Shown one piece after another: positions 1 through 14,057 of a DNA stretch of 64,000 nt. The stretch comes from Microthyrium microscopicum. Its lineage: Eukaryota. The notes below the pieces were generated by a model. It did not search any database and was not told the origin of the DNA. It worked only from the letters and a program-made list of their open reading frames with translations. Each line of letters opens with the position of its first letter. The first letter of the stretch is position 1. Location: the NCBI GenBank assembly GCA_010405405.1, contig MU004232.1:2003481-2067480 (forward strand), given 5' to 3'. Both the position numbers and the translations under genes were made by a program.

Positions 1-2900
1 GAGCACTAGTTCTTTTTATTTATAAAGTAGATAGATTAATTTAGTTTTATTATAACTACTATATATTAAATAAGTTAATTATAAAGGACTATTACTCCTT
101 GCTACTTATTTATAAGATACTAAACGCTTTAGGAAAAGTATAATAATTTACTAAGCTAGACGTATCTTAAGTATTCTATAAGATTTAAATATATAAAGAT
201 AATAAGTAGAAGATAGCCTTTTAAATATAATATAGCTTATTTAAATAGATAGTAATACTATTTAGGTTATTAAATACTCTAAGTACCTTTTAGAAGTTTA
301 TTAACTCTACTCTTTAGAATATCTTAAATAACTATATTTCTATATACTTAGATAACGTCTTAATCTTTAGCTTAGGTACTAAGAAGTAATATAAGGCTTA
401 TATTTATAAAGTCCTTAAGTAGCTATAAAAAGTAGGACTTTACCTTAATATCTAGAAGTATAAATTTATAACTACTTAGATAATATACCTAGACTATATT
501 ATTAAGACTAGATAAAGAATCTTAATAGACCTAGCTAAAGTTAAAGTAATCTAAGAATAGGAGGCTCTTAAGAATGTTTATAAAGTTTAAGCTTTCCTTA
601 GCTTTACTAACTTCTATTATAGGTTTATATTAAACTTTTAAATAATTATAAAACCTCTTATTTAACTTACTTAAAAGGATATTCCCTTCTTATTTAAAGA
701 CCTAGAGAGAGCTATATTTAAGGAGCTAAAATAGCTCTTTACTACTAACTAAATACTAGCCCTATTTAACTATAATAAAGAGACTCTTATCTATACTAAC
801 TTCTTTAGTTACTCTTTAGAAGCTATACTAGTATAAAAAAATAAGATAAGTAAGTTTTAACTAGTAGCCTATTTCTCTAAAAAGTATAACTTTACTTAAA
901 GTAACTACCTAATCTATAATAAAGAGATACTTATAATTATACTTACTCTAGAAGAATAGGACTTAAAGCTATAAGTAGTAGAGAAGTTTAAAGTAATATT
1001 TAATTATAAGAATCTAGAGTATTTTATAAAACTATAAAAGCTTATAGAAAGGTATATCTAATAATTTATTAAACTTATAAAGTATAATATAATAATTAAG
1101 TACTAACTAGGCTTATAAAATAGCATAGTAAATAGTCTTTCTTATTATAAATAAAATATATCCTAAGACGTAGCTAATAAGAAAATCTAGGCTAAAACTT
1201 TCTAATTACTTTATACCTAAGGGAATTAATTACTTAAACTACTATAAGCCTTATTTATCTATATTACTACTCTTCTTATAGTAGTTAAAGATAAACTAGT
1301 AGAGACTCTACTAGCTAATAAAGCTCTAATTCCTAGTTTACTACTACTAATATTAAATATCTCTAAACTATTAGTAACCTAGTAGAATAAGGTAATATAA
1401 GCTAATAATACCTATTAAGTAGCCTATTAGATAATTAAAGCTAGTAGATAAAAGTTTCTTCTATTAATTATAGGTATTAAAATCTTTATTCTTAACTACT
1501 TAATTAATAGTAAGGATTACCTTTACTAGAGAGAATAACTATAGATCCTAAATCTAGAACCTCTATAAATAGTAATACTATAAGTAGCTTATACGTTCTT
1601 AACCTAAAGCTATCCTAGCTATAAAGGTACTTACTAAGCTCTATAGCTATACTTCTTCTAGCTTAGAATTATAACTAATATAAGGCATTTTATAAAAAAT
1701 TATAGTATATATAGCTAATTAAAGGTTAGTTATAAGCAAAAAAGAGGCTTCTTAAAGCCTTTACCTATTTTAAGCTAATAATAATAAAAACTATTTATAG
1801 ATTTTATAATAAACCTCCCTTTATTAAATAGATATATAATCTTAATAGTTATTACTAATTAGCTAAGTAAAGAAGTAATCCTAATCCCTCTTACTTAGAG
1901 AGAAGCTAAAAACGTTATAGCTATTTTCTTATAATGCGTCTATTTCTTCTATAGTATTCCTAACGTAATTATTTATAATTATAATCTAGTATTTATAGAA
2001 GACTTTTAGATAAAGTTCTATATACTACTATAGATAGAGTTATAGTTATTAACTATATTTTACTTCTAAATAAATAGCTCTATAGAATAACGAAACTTAA
2101 ATATTAAAGCTAAAGTATAAATATATATAAATTATATATAATTAAACTAGTTTTTATTAATACTAATACTATAACTTATACTTAACTTATAGCGCTTATT
2201 TATAATAAAACTCTTATCCTTCTTTCTATTCTATAGCTTTAAAAACTCTACCTTCCTAGACTTTTTTAAGTAAGCTTCCTTATTTAAATAGAAGAATACT
2301 CTAAAAAAGAAAAAGAAGAAAGCTACTTATATAATTTTAAAAGCTATAGAATAAGCTTAAGATACTATAACCCTTATCTAAGAAAGGATATAGAAATAAG
2401 CTAACTAAATAAGAATCTAAATACTTAAGTATAAAGTTAGTAATTAGGTCTAGTTAAACCTAAAAAATACTAAGACTAAATAAGTAAAAAAGAAGTTTAA
2501 TTACTATTACTCTAAGTTCTAAGTTATAAAGGTAGTAAGCTTATATATAATTATACTAAATACGCTATAAAGAACTAAGAAATTTTATATTAACCTACTT
2601 AAACTAGTAATAAATAACCTATTCTTAAGTTAAGACGCTAATAATTCTTATTTACTATTAATCTTAATTAAGGACTTAGATAGAGAAGAATAAGAGAAGT
2701 AGCTAGTAAAGGAGATTATAGCTAAAAAATATAAGAAAATAATAAAGAGTAAACTTTATATAGTTTATATTATTAAATAGGTAGGTTATCTAGATATAAT
2801 AAAAGAACTAATTAACTTTATTAAATAGTTAGAAGCCTATATAAAGTAAATAAAGAAAATAAAGTATATATAAGATAATTATAGAAGATTAGTACTAAAC
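1..2900 (+). mobile_element. RIP-inactivated Ty3/gypsy (chromovirus) LTR retrotransposon pol: RT-RNaseH-integrase-chromodomain
   Basis: Reversing C>T/G>A recovers motifs in gypsy order. These are KTAF...MPFGL.NAP.TFQ (~205-295), YLDDVLI (343-365), TD.S.Y..GA (~795), NYPIYDKE.L (~903), DHKNLEYF (~1002), G.LKPLP (~1747), .FHPQTDG.TE (~2052), and a chromodomain-like EW.V.EI...KWVGY (~2695-2790). Confidence 0.9.
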
Positions 2901-4055
2901 TAGTCTATTTTTTAAGTATAACTAAAATTAAAAACTAGTCTTTCTATTATAGTAATTAATTCTATAGAGATATAATTAGAAGTACTATCTATAACCTATA
3001 TATAAAAATACTTTTTTTTTATTTATACTAAGACCTTCTTTCTTACTAAATAAAATTAGAAAATTATAAAAATATAAAAAAACTAAAGAAATAAGATATA
3101 CCTAATAAATCCCTACTACTAAGGAAAATAAACTTAAGTAGTACCCTAAGGCATAAAAAGACTAAAGTAGATAGTTAATAGTAGAGGATTCTTATCCTCC
3201 TTAATAACCTCCTTTTTATTATTATAAGGATACTTCTTACTTAAGCTAATATTATTATTATAGACGTAGTTTAAATATATATTATTATAAAATCCTAAAA
3301 GCTAAACGTAACCTATATATTATAGCTAATTCTTTAAATTAAAATAGCTAATATAATAAGTATAATACTACTCCTTATAAGTCTTATTTTGCTTATTTTT
3401 AGTAAAAAATTATAGAATACCTATATAATAAATACCTAAGGCTTTAAGATAACTAGCCTAGCTACTAGTTAACTAAATTATACTAAGAGAGCTCTAATAA
3501 ATTATAATACTATAAACGTTAGGCTATAAATTATTAGTAAACCCCTTAGAGAAGGCGTTTAATAAGTTAAGACGCTTATTAAAGAAGTTAGAAGGATAGT
3601 TAGCTATAGTATAAAGGGCCTTACTCTATAAATATATTAATATAAATTAAGAAAGGCTAAAGAAGTACGTATAGTCTAGTTAATATAAAGTACTTTAAAT
3701 AAAGTATAGTTTTATAAATTGTAGTAGTTAATAACTATATATACTTTCTTATATTAAAGAGTAGTTAGTAGATAAGAATAAGGGTTATAAATAATATTAT
3801 TCTAGTAATGAAGTAGGACTTAGTTAAGAAGATAAAGGCCTTTATTTACGTTATTCTAGTAGGCCTTATATATAGCTACCTTATACGTAGTAGGTAGATA
3901 AGGTTAAAAAGTATTATAGTTAGTAATATATATATAAAGAGGAGTAATAGCAATAAGGATATGACTATTAAAGCTAATAATATTATTAAAAGCGTTAATA
4001 ATTAGGGTAGCTATCTCTATATAGTTAATAAGGCTATAGCTACTATAACGAACAA

Positions 4056-4129
4056 CTTACCTAATTAATTAATTAATTAATTAATTAATTAATTAATTAA
4101 TTAATTAATTAATTAATTAATTAGGTAAG
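4056..4129. repeat. (TAAT)15 microsatellite within a perfect 74-bp palindrome
   Basis: Read directly as CTTACC-(TAAT)15-TA-GGTAAG. Confidence 0.9.
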
Positions 4130-4634
4130 GAAGAAGAAACTTAATAAGGACTAATTAGAAGAGAAGAAGCTTATTTAAAGTATAATAAAGGAAGAATAGT
4201 TAACTCTATAAAACGATATTGCTTTATACCCTTTAAACGTATAGATAGAAGCATAGTAACTTAACTATAGTTACGTTCTTCTAATCTTATCTCTTAATAT
4301 TATAATAAAGCTCTAACTAAGCATAAATAAAATAACCTGCTAATTAAGCAACCTTTATAGAATTATAACTAAAAATAACTAATATTATACGCTAAGAAAG
4401 GAGCCTTATACTTAGAATTTAGTCTAAAATAGATAAAATACTAGTATAGAACTAATAGTTAATAACCTAAGCTTTATATTTTATACCTAAAAGTAAATAT
4501 ATAGATCTATACGTTATAAATAGAAGCTCTATTATAAACTATAAGAATAGTAAGCGTTAAATATAGCTAGATAAGATTAGGATCTTATAATTAACTTAGT
4601 ATTTTAGCTAGAATTTTTTAGACAAAGAAGGTAA

Positions 4635-4796
4635 TATTAGGGGTTAAATCCCTTAAAGCTATGCCTATTTAGGCTACCCCTATTGTATATAAACACCTTA
4701 ATTAAAGAGTTTCTTAACTCTTCTTTCTCTCTAAGTTACCTTCCTATTTAGCAGGCTTATAATATAACTTATCTCTTCGTTATCTAACCTATAACA
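4635..4796 (+). mobile_element. Candidate 3' LTR of the gypsy element
   Basis: A purine tract (aaagaagg, 4624-4631) precedes TATTAG (RIP form of TGTTAG). The segment contains TATATAAA, ends in TAACA at 4796, and is less degraded than its flanks. No partner LTR is in the window. Confidence 0.45.
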
Positions 4797-7700
4797 ATTA
4801 TTCTTTATAGATACTATTATTATATTAGTAAATTATAAATAATATAATAATAAAAATATACTACTTTTGAAGTATTATATAAACTTATTAGATAAAGATA
4901 AGCTAGTTAAGCTATTATCTACTATAATGTTATTATTATCTATAATTAGTTCTATATTATTAGATTAAGTATTTAAATTACTATACTTCTTAAGCTAAAC
5001 TTTATAAAGGTCTTTAATTATTACGTTATATTAAAATAAACTATTTAAACTAGGGTAGTTCTTCTATTAAGAGTTAGTAAAAGTAGACTTAGCTATATAA
5101 AGAAATAATAACTAACTAAAAGTATAAATACGCTATAATTAGATATTAGTTTATATTAGATTAAAGTATACTTATAGTTTTTCTTAAGCCTCTTTTAGAC
5201 TAGACTAAAGTTTACTCTACTAATATAATTAAGCACTTATTAGTATATATTTACCTAGAATAGCCTTTTCGTTATTAATATATTAAAAGAGCTTTTAGAA
5301 GTATAAGAAGATCTTATAAATAGATAAAGCCTTAGATTTACTAAGAATCTAGGTTATAGTATTAAATAAAGTAGTAAGCTAAACTAGATACTTAATATTA
5401 GCCTATTTTATATTAGATAGTATAAGAATTCTTACTTATTACTAATCCTTTTTTTTTTTAGCTTTATAAGCTTTAATAATAAAGAAGTATATAAAGAGTA
5501 TCTTAATAATTTAAAGGCAAAGTTCTATTATTATTATTAAGTCTTAGTATATTTTAATATCTTAGATTAGCTAAAGGTTACTATAAGGATTAAGGTTATT
5601 CTAATATTTATTAATAAGATATAGATTAAATATTTAAGATTTATTAAAATAAAAACTAGCTAAGTAAGTAAGGAACCTAAGAAAATATAGTTTAGAGAAG
5701 CTAATATACTTAGTAATATTATAAGCCTAGACTATATTAGCTATTCTAATTAATACTTTTTTAACTTATTAAAAATAAGAACTAACTTACCTTATATAAA
5801 GTAAAAGCAACTAAGCTATATTTTATAATAAGTTTTCTCTTTTTTAAAATATCTTCTTTAATAAATATCTATTTAATTTCTTTATTTATAAACTTATAGC
5901 TAAGATAGAAAAGTAAAGTACCTTATACTAATTAAATAATATAGAATATATAAGGAACTTAAATAATACTTATAATATACTTAAAGTATTAATATATATT
6001 TAATATAGGTACTATTATCTTATTATTACTAGTATTATTAACTATAATAAAGTAAACCTTCTTAATAATACTATATTAATTAAATATATTACTTATAAGT
6101 TTAGTATAAGCCTTACTTATAAACTTTCTAATAGTAAAAGAAAAGCTAAAAAGTCTCTTCTTCTATTTTTACTATAGAGTAATTTATTATTTAATAATAG
6201 CTAAGTACCCTTTATAAGTAAAATTTAAAGACTATCTATCTAGCTAAACGCTAATATATATATTATTACCTAGCTAAATAAACTCTTTTCTTAACTTTAT
6301 AAGATTAATTATAACTTATCTTATAACTTCTAAAGTAATAGTTTTTTATAAAGTAAATTAAGGTTAAATACTTAGTAGTATATAGTAGTTAATAACTTAC
6401 TATATAAATTATAATTTAAATATACTAAGAGGAAGACCTTTAGCTATAATTAAACGCGTCTATAAAGTAAGAAAATCTTATAATATAATCTTATACTTAT
6501 TAAAGTTATAAATAGCCTTAAGCTTTACATTATATATTTATAAATATTATAATTAGTAATAATATAGCATAGTAAAAATTAAATATACTAAAATTATAGT
6601 TAATCTTATTTAATTAAGTATAATTTAATCTTTATTACCTTTAACTATAATAATATTATTATAATCCTAAGAAGTAATATACTTATTAAGTAATTCTTAC
6701 CTAATAAAGAAGGTATTAATATTATCTTTATAAAAGTAATAGTATTTAAGGAATTTATAATAATAAATATAGTAATAATAAGGCTAGCTAGTAAACTTAA
6801 AGGCGCCTACTTATATACTATCCTAAATAGGGCTTTTTTTTCTACTATACTAATAAGGATCTATTTATATAAGAATTAGTCTTTCTTAGTTAATAGTAAA
6901 CTAGGATATAATTTACTATTAAGTTTAGAAATAGTTATTAGTATCTTTACTTTATAAATATATCTTCTTTTCTTAATTACTAAATTCTTTTAATACTCTA
7001 AGTATTATACTAAAAATAGAAAAAGTAAGTACTAATAGGCTAAAAGATAATATACTAATAAAAGAGTTTAAGATAGTACTATTAATAGTAGTACTTTTAT
7101 CTTAGATAGTAGATTATAATAATAAAAAAGAAGTTATTAAGCTAGCTCTAAATATAAAGAAATTAAAAGTAAAAGTAAAGAAAGATATAATTTAGAATAA
7201 TATTAACTTTATTAAAAAAACTTAGGGTTCTAAAGAAATAAAATTAGTAAATTAAAAAAGTATTAATTAGAAATCTAATACTATTTATATTATTTTATAA
7301 TACTATTTATAAAAACTTCTATTTATCTTTCCTCCTCTTTTAATATTAATTAATTATACTCTATATTCTAATTATTTACTTCTTAATTATACTAATTTAA
7401 TTAATTTAGTAATTTAGAAGGTAACTAATATAATATATTTCTTTTCTTAACCTCTTATATTATTATACTATTAAACTTTTTCTTAATTTATTATATTTTT
7501 TAGTCCTCCTTAGAACTACTTAGCCTAGTCTCCTTTCTCTAAAAGTAATTCTATAAACTAAAGATCTATAAAGTTATTTCTTTATATAATCTATACTTAA
7601 TCTAATTATTACTAGTAATTAACTATCTTATCTTTCTTAACTAATATATTTATTAAAAAGTAATACTAATTTTACCTAAGTAGTTATAATACGCTATATA

Positions 7701-9059
7701 AAATATACTAAATTTAAAAATTATTTCTATAATTAATTTTATTATACTACTTAATATAATATTTAAACTTTAAAGTAAGAATATTCTAATAGCCTATTAA
7801 TCTTTATACTTAATTTAAAAAAATAATATACTAATTAACTTTTATTATATTTTTTCTATTATAGTAATAAAAAATACTATCTAAATTAACCTACTTATAT
7901 CTTTATATTTAAATAATAATTAAATAGTAGAGAATATTTTAGTCTAAAAATAATTATAAAACTAAAAATAAGTAACTAGGGTACTCCTTACCTTAATTAT
8001 CTTTAGTTATAAAGATTATACTATTAAAAAAAATTATAACTATTATTAGTAGCTATTTAAGAAGTATTATTACTAAAGTACTTACTAAAAAATAATAATT
8101 AGCTACTTATAAATTATATAGTACTTTTATATAAAAAGTTTTAGAACTATAGTCTTAAAGAGTAAATAAGTATAGATATTAATAATAAGAAGCATAAGTA
8201 ATATTATTATTATTATAGTAATTTAAGTTTATACTATTTATACTAACTAGAAATATTTATAATAAATTCTTTAAAGTTTATTATATAAAAGTATATAATT
8301 ATAGTAATAAGAATTTACTTAATATAGTAAGATAACTTCTACTATAATTTATTCTTAAGATTTACTATTTAAAAAAGTAGTAAGATAAATATAAATACTA
8401 CTAAAAATTTAGTAAAGAAAAGAAGATAAAAAAATAATAATAAGTAAAATCTAAAATAAAGAATAGAGTTAGTATTATAACTTAAATAAACTTATAAAGG
8501 TTAAAAGGTTATATAGACTTAAAGAGTTTAGAGTTATAGTTTTAGAGTATAACTATATTTAGTAATAATATATAGATAATCTATTATAAAGAGTTAAAAA
8601 TAATAAAACTTATTAAGACTAACGTTTTATAATTAAAGTATATTAAACTTTATATTAGTATTAAGCTACTATTAAAGCTAAGTTTTAAAAAGTTATAAAA
8701 ATATTAATTAGAATTTAGGAAGTCTATTATAGCTTCTACCTTTTAAAACGTTTATTTATTATAGTATTCTTTTCTTATTAATTTAAACTAAGTTCTACTA
8801 AGTTAAAGACTAATATTCTAAATATTCTTATTTATTATAAGCTATAAATTATTCTATAGCTTACTTTATTAAGTTATTTATTTCTTTTAATTAGTTACTA
8901 TATAATTTATATTTTATTAATCTTTATTATATTACTCTAGCTTATCTTATTATTTTAATATAACTATATTCTTCTTAACTTTATTTACTTACTCCTTAGA
9001 ATTTCTCTTCTAACCTTAAATTCTTTATAATCTCTATATCTATCTTTATTATCTTCTTT

Positions 9060-9420
9060 TTATCTACTTATAACCTTATCTTTCTTTTTTAACTTATTTA
9101 TAATCTTATACTCCTCTTTATATATTATACTCTTTTTTATTACCTTCTTTTAACCTACTTATAACTTTATACTTCTCTTTATATATTATACTCTTCTTTA
9201 TTATCCTTTTCTAACTTACTTATAACTTTATACTCCTTTTTATTTACTATACTCTTCTTTATTTTTCTTTTTTAACCTACTTATAACTTTATACTCTTCT
9301 TTATATACTATACTTTTTTTTATTTTTTTCTTTTAACTTACTTATAACCTTATATTCCTTTTTATCTACTATACTTTATTTTATTATCTTCTTTATACTT
9401 ACTTATAACTTTACTTTTTT
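9060..9420. repeat. Tandem repeat, 61-bp unit, ~6 degenerate copies
   Basis: Motif TAAC(C/T)TA(C/T)TTATAA recurs at 9090, 9151, 9212, 9273 and 9334. Confidence 0.85.
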
Positions 9421-10618
9421 ATTCTTTTCTTATCTATTTCTTTTCTACTAATAAAAGTAAGCTATAAAACTTTTACTATCTATTTTATAACTTTTTATTC
9501 TTATTCTTTATATATTTCTAGTATTATTAAATAAATATTATTATTTAAGTTATTTTTTTTACTAATATTCTTTATAAATAATAATATTAGTAGTAAAGAA
9601 AAAAATATATAATTAATAAACTACTAATATTCTATATTCTAAAGAAATATTTATTTATATTATATTAAAAGTTTTTTAAGCTACTAAGTTAACTTTACTA
9701 ATACTAGCTTATTATTAATACTATATTTAAGTTATAATAAAGGTTTTATTATATTTATAAAATAATTCTTCTTAAGCTTAATTATTACTTATTACTAATA
9801 CTATTTATATATACTCTTTTTCTTAAATAACTAAGAGCTTAGATTTAGACTAAGCTATTTATACTAATACGTTCTTAGAGTAATTTCTTAGTAAATAAAT
9901 ATTTAAGATATAAAAGAAGAGTCTATAAGGTAAGAAGATAGCTTAAAAAGTTATAGAAGAAATTATTATATTTTTATCTTATTAGTCTAACTATATAAAA
10001 GAAACTTATAATAATAAGTTAGAGACTTATAACTAATAAGAATAGTATAAATTTATAATATAGCTTATAAATTAAAGGTCTTAGCTTTTAAAATAGAACT
10101 AGTATCTTTAATTAAAGCTAATAATAAATAATTAGAAAATATAACTATTTATATTAAAGCTTAACTACTTATTATATTAAGATTATAAAGTTAAAAATAG
10201 TAAGTTAGATTTATATAAGTTAGAATAAATAGTTCTATTTTAATATTCTAATACTTTAAATAGTACTATATTTATAATCTTATTTTCTAATTAATATTTA
10301 ATTATACTTTATTAAGAAAATATTATTTTCTAAAATTCTAATTAAAGCTAATACTAATTAATAAGTATTCTTATTCTATCTAAATTAAGTATTAGTTATA
10401 ATAAACTAACTTATATCTACTAAAGGAACTAAAAAGAATCTTATACTTAAAACTAAATATAAGTAAATCTTTATTACTAACTTCTTAAACTTTACTAATA
10501 TCTTTTATACTAACTTTTAAGCCTCTTTCTAAAGCTCTAAGGTAAATAAACTATTAGTCTCTTAAACTTTTTAATCCTCTATCTTCTAAATTACCTTATT
10601 AAATAGTATCTTTTCTTA

Positions 10619-11420
10619 TATTAGCAAAAGTTAAGCTCTGCTGGCAGTCCTAGCAGGTGCCTGCTAGGACCTACCAGGACGTTAGTCCGTTAGTCTATGT
10701 CCAACATGTCAGGTTAACTTGTCACCTAAGGACTAGCAGGTTGGGAGCTATTTTTTGGTAGGAGAATAGGGATCTTGGCTTGGCAAGGAACATCAAAACT
10801 AACAACAAGATTCTCTAAGTCTAACCTTCCTTTTAAATAGATTACTATCTATTTAGCCTAATACGGATATTGTCCTTTCGCCTATAGGTAAAAATAACGG
10901 GTTTAATAGGTATTTTAAAAGAACTAGCTAAATCCGTTAAGGTTTTATAGAGTTAGCAAGGGTAGAAGATATAAAACGCCACTTGAACTTTAGGTTGTTA
11001 AGCCACACTTTTTATATCTAGGCTGTACTTAGTAATAAGGCTTTAATAATCTATAACCTATATATAATAATACTCGTCTCGACGAGCTCTATCTAATAGT
11101 GTTACTTATATTATTATAGCTAGCCTAATTAGGAAGTTATTTTGAAAGTCATTTTTAGTAAAATGATAATCGCTGTATCTCAACGACTATTAGGGCTAGG
11201 GTAATATAAATTATATAATAATATAGCCCTAATCTAGGGCTACAAAATGATATATAAATTACACGCTAGGCCCTACTAGGAAGTAAAATAATAATAGAAA
11301 CGTTTTTAATCTAATAATAGTAGACTTATAGAACCTGCCAGGACCTGCTAGGACTTATAGAATTCCTTAGGAGTACTAGGATATCTCCTCTTCCCAAGCT
11401 AAGCTTAACTTTTGCCGATG
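10619..11420. mobile_element. Non-autonomous TIR DNA transposon (Tc1/mariner-pogo-like MITE), 802 bp
   Basis: The right end AGCTTAACTTTTGCCGATG|TA is the reverse complement of the left end TA|TATTAGCAAAAGTTAAGCT (RIP form of CATCGGCAAAAGTTAAGCT). TA flanks both sides, and CCTGC(T/C)AGGA subterminal repeats occur at both ends. Less RIP-mutated than its flanks. Confidence 0.85.
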
Positions 11421-13069
11421 TAAAAGTTAGGGTACTAAGTTATTAAATTTATAATTACTCTTTACTTTATTTTAATAAAAATAAGACTAGTACTAGAAAA
11501 ATAACTACTATATTTATAATAAGTCTAAAAATTTATTAATATTAATTTTAGTATTAACTTTATTATATTTTATAATTACTTTATAAAATAATTTTAAAAG
11601 TTTCTTCTAAGTATAAGTTAATAACTAATATTTATAGTTAAAGTCTACTAACTCTTAATTTTCTTTCTAATTCTTTATAGCATATAATTTAGTAAAGTTT
11701 AGAAAGTATTTCTTATATAATATTAGTTAAATTTATATATACTAAGTATAAAAAACTTATATTAAGAGTTTTTATAGAAATAAGAATCTAAAAATAGTAA
11801 TAGTTCTTAATAAGGCTAGTTTCCTTATTAACTAAATCTCTAATAATATAACTAATAAGAAAAACGTTATAAATAGTTTCTTACTATTTATAAGTAAGGT
11901 TAACCTAAGAGAAGAATAAAATTTATAAATTATACTCTTAGTAACTATACTTATAAAAGAGTTAATAAAATTTTAAATTAAAAGTAATTTAAGAAGCCTT
12001 CTTAGAAATAATATAGCTAGTAGCAATATTATAATTATAAATAATACCTTTATTAGCGTTAATATATATATTATATTACTTAGACTTTTTACGCTTTATT
12101 TTTATTAATTCTTAATAGTAAGTTAATAAAATAATAATAATAAGATATAGTCTAGTTTAATAAGTAGTATACTTAGGTTTCTAGCTAAGTAATTTTATAG
12201 ATTTATTAATATTAATATTAAGAAAAATTAATAAAGAAAATCTAATAGTAAAAAAGTATATACTACTCTTATTTAAAGAGTCTTATATAAGTAAAAAGAA
12301 TAATAATATATTAGTTTTTAGAAGCTTCTTAATATTCTATAGTTTTATACTCTTTATTATTTTTATAATTAATATAAGTATTATTATTCTTCTTAAGATA
12401 ATTATATTCTATAATATAGTTATTAAGATTAGTATAATAAGTATAATTCTTAATTACGTAAGGATTTTAAGATAATTAATTTATAAGCTTCTTAGTACTT
12501 ATACTAAAAGAATAAAGTTTTAAGAAGTTAAATAAGTATTAATTAAGCTAAAAAACTAAAACTAAGACTAATAGAAAAAGTATAGGAATTATTATTACTA
12601 ATTAAAAGAAAGTATATAAAAGAAGTTAAAATATATAAATAATATAAAGTAGTATATATATATAGTCTTCTAAGTAATATTCCTTAGAATATATTAATTT
12701 TAATACTAGATTATAATACTCTTATTATTTTAAGTTAGCCTTACTATTACTTACTCTTCTTTACTACTTTATTCTTTTTAATTAATTAAACTTTTAAAGT
12801 TTTAAATTATACTAATTTAATACTCTAAATATTTTCTCTTTATAGAAGAATATTAAGAGATAGTTTTTAATAAATAATAAGCTTACCTTTTACGTCTTTA
12901 AAAAATTTATTTATTTTTTCTTCTTTAATTTCTTCTACTTTTTTAAAATCTCTAAGTTCCTTTTACTTTTATTATCTAAACCTTTACTACCTTAAAGAGC
13001 TTTATTACTACTATAGTATATCTAAATAATTTTAATTTTCTTCTCTCTATACTTCTTTAAACCTTAATA

Positions 13070-13270
13070 AACTTTATAATACTCTAAACCTTCTTATATA
13101 ACCTTTATAAACTATTCTAGCTTAGTAATAACTTTTATAGTTTTTAAATCTCTTTATAAATTCTTTATAAACTACTTTAACTTAGTAGTAACTTTTATAG
13201 CCTTTAAACCTTCTTATATTACCTTTATAAATTACTTTAACTTAGCTATAACCTTTATAAATTTCTACGT
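13070..13270. repeat. Tandem repeat, 60-bp unit, ~3 copies
   Basis: Lines starting at 13081, 13141 and 13201 align column by column (...ctttataa...cttag...aac(t/c)tttata). Confidence 0.75.
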
Positions 13271-14057
13271 ATTAATAATAATCTTAATAAACTACTTTAT
13301 ACTAATAATTAACTCCTTAGCGCTAATAAAACCTAGTTATAGCTTATAAAAACTATTATAGAAAAGCTTTAACTTATAGAAATTATTATAATTAGTAAAA
13401 TACTTATTATTATATACCTTAACGTACTAAACTTAGTAATAAGTTTTATATACTTTATTTTTTCTATAGATATTAATTATAATACTAGTAAAAACTTTAC
13501 GTAAAATTTACTAAATTTAGAAAGCTTATAATCTTTTAATTCTTAAAATACTATTTATAAGATTAGTTTATAAAATTTATATTATATTTTAAAGAACTTT
13601 TAATAATAGTAATAGTTTAATAAATCTAGATATACGTTAGTAAAGTAATATAATTTAATATTTATAAGAATTAGTAAAGGCTTATTTCGTTACGTATTTT
13701 AAAAATAAGTTATACTTTTATTTTTTAGATTATAAGTTATTAATTTTTATAGATATTAATCTTTATATAATTTATATAAAGAGAGTAATAATCTAATAAA
13801 AGAATATAAACTTAATAAAAGCTCTATATACTAGCTAAGTTATAAACTATTAGATAAGTATTTAAAATTAATTAGTAACTTTATTATAAGAAAGTAATTA
13901 GAACTAGTAAACTTTAGAAAATAGAAAGAAAATTATAGTTATATAATTATTTATAAATAATAAAACTAATAAACTAATTCTAAATCCTAATTAATACTTT
14001 TATAACTTACTAAAAAATTAGTAGTAAGATATAATTATTAAATACTATACTAAACTT

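Noticed and set aside
9060..9420. CRISPR-like array
   Set aside because: Whole units are repeated with no unique spacers, there are no cas genes, and the context is eukaryotic.
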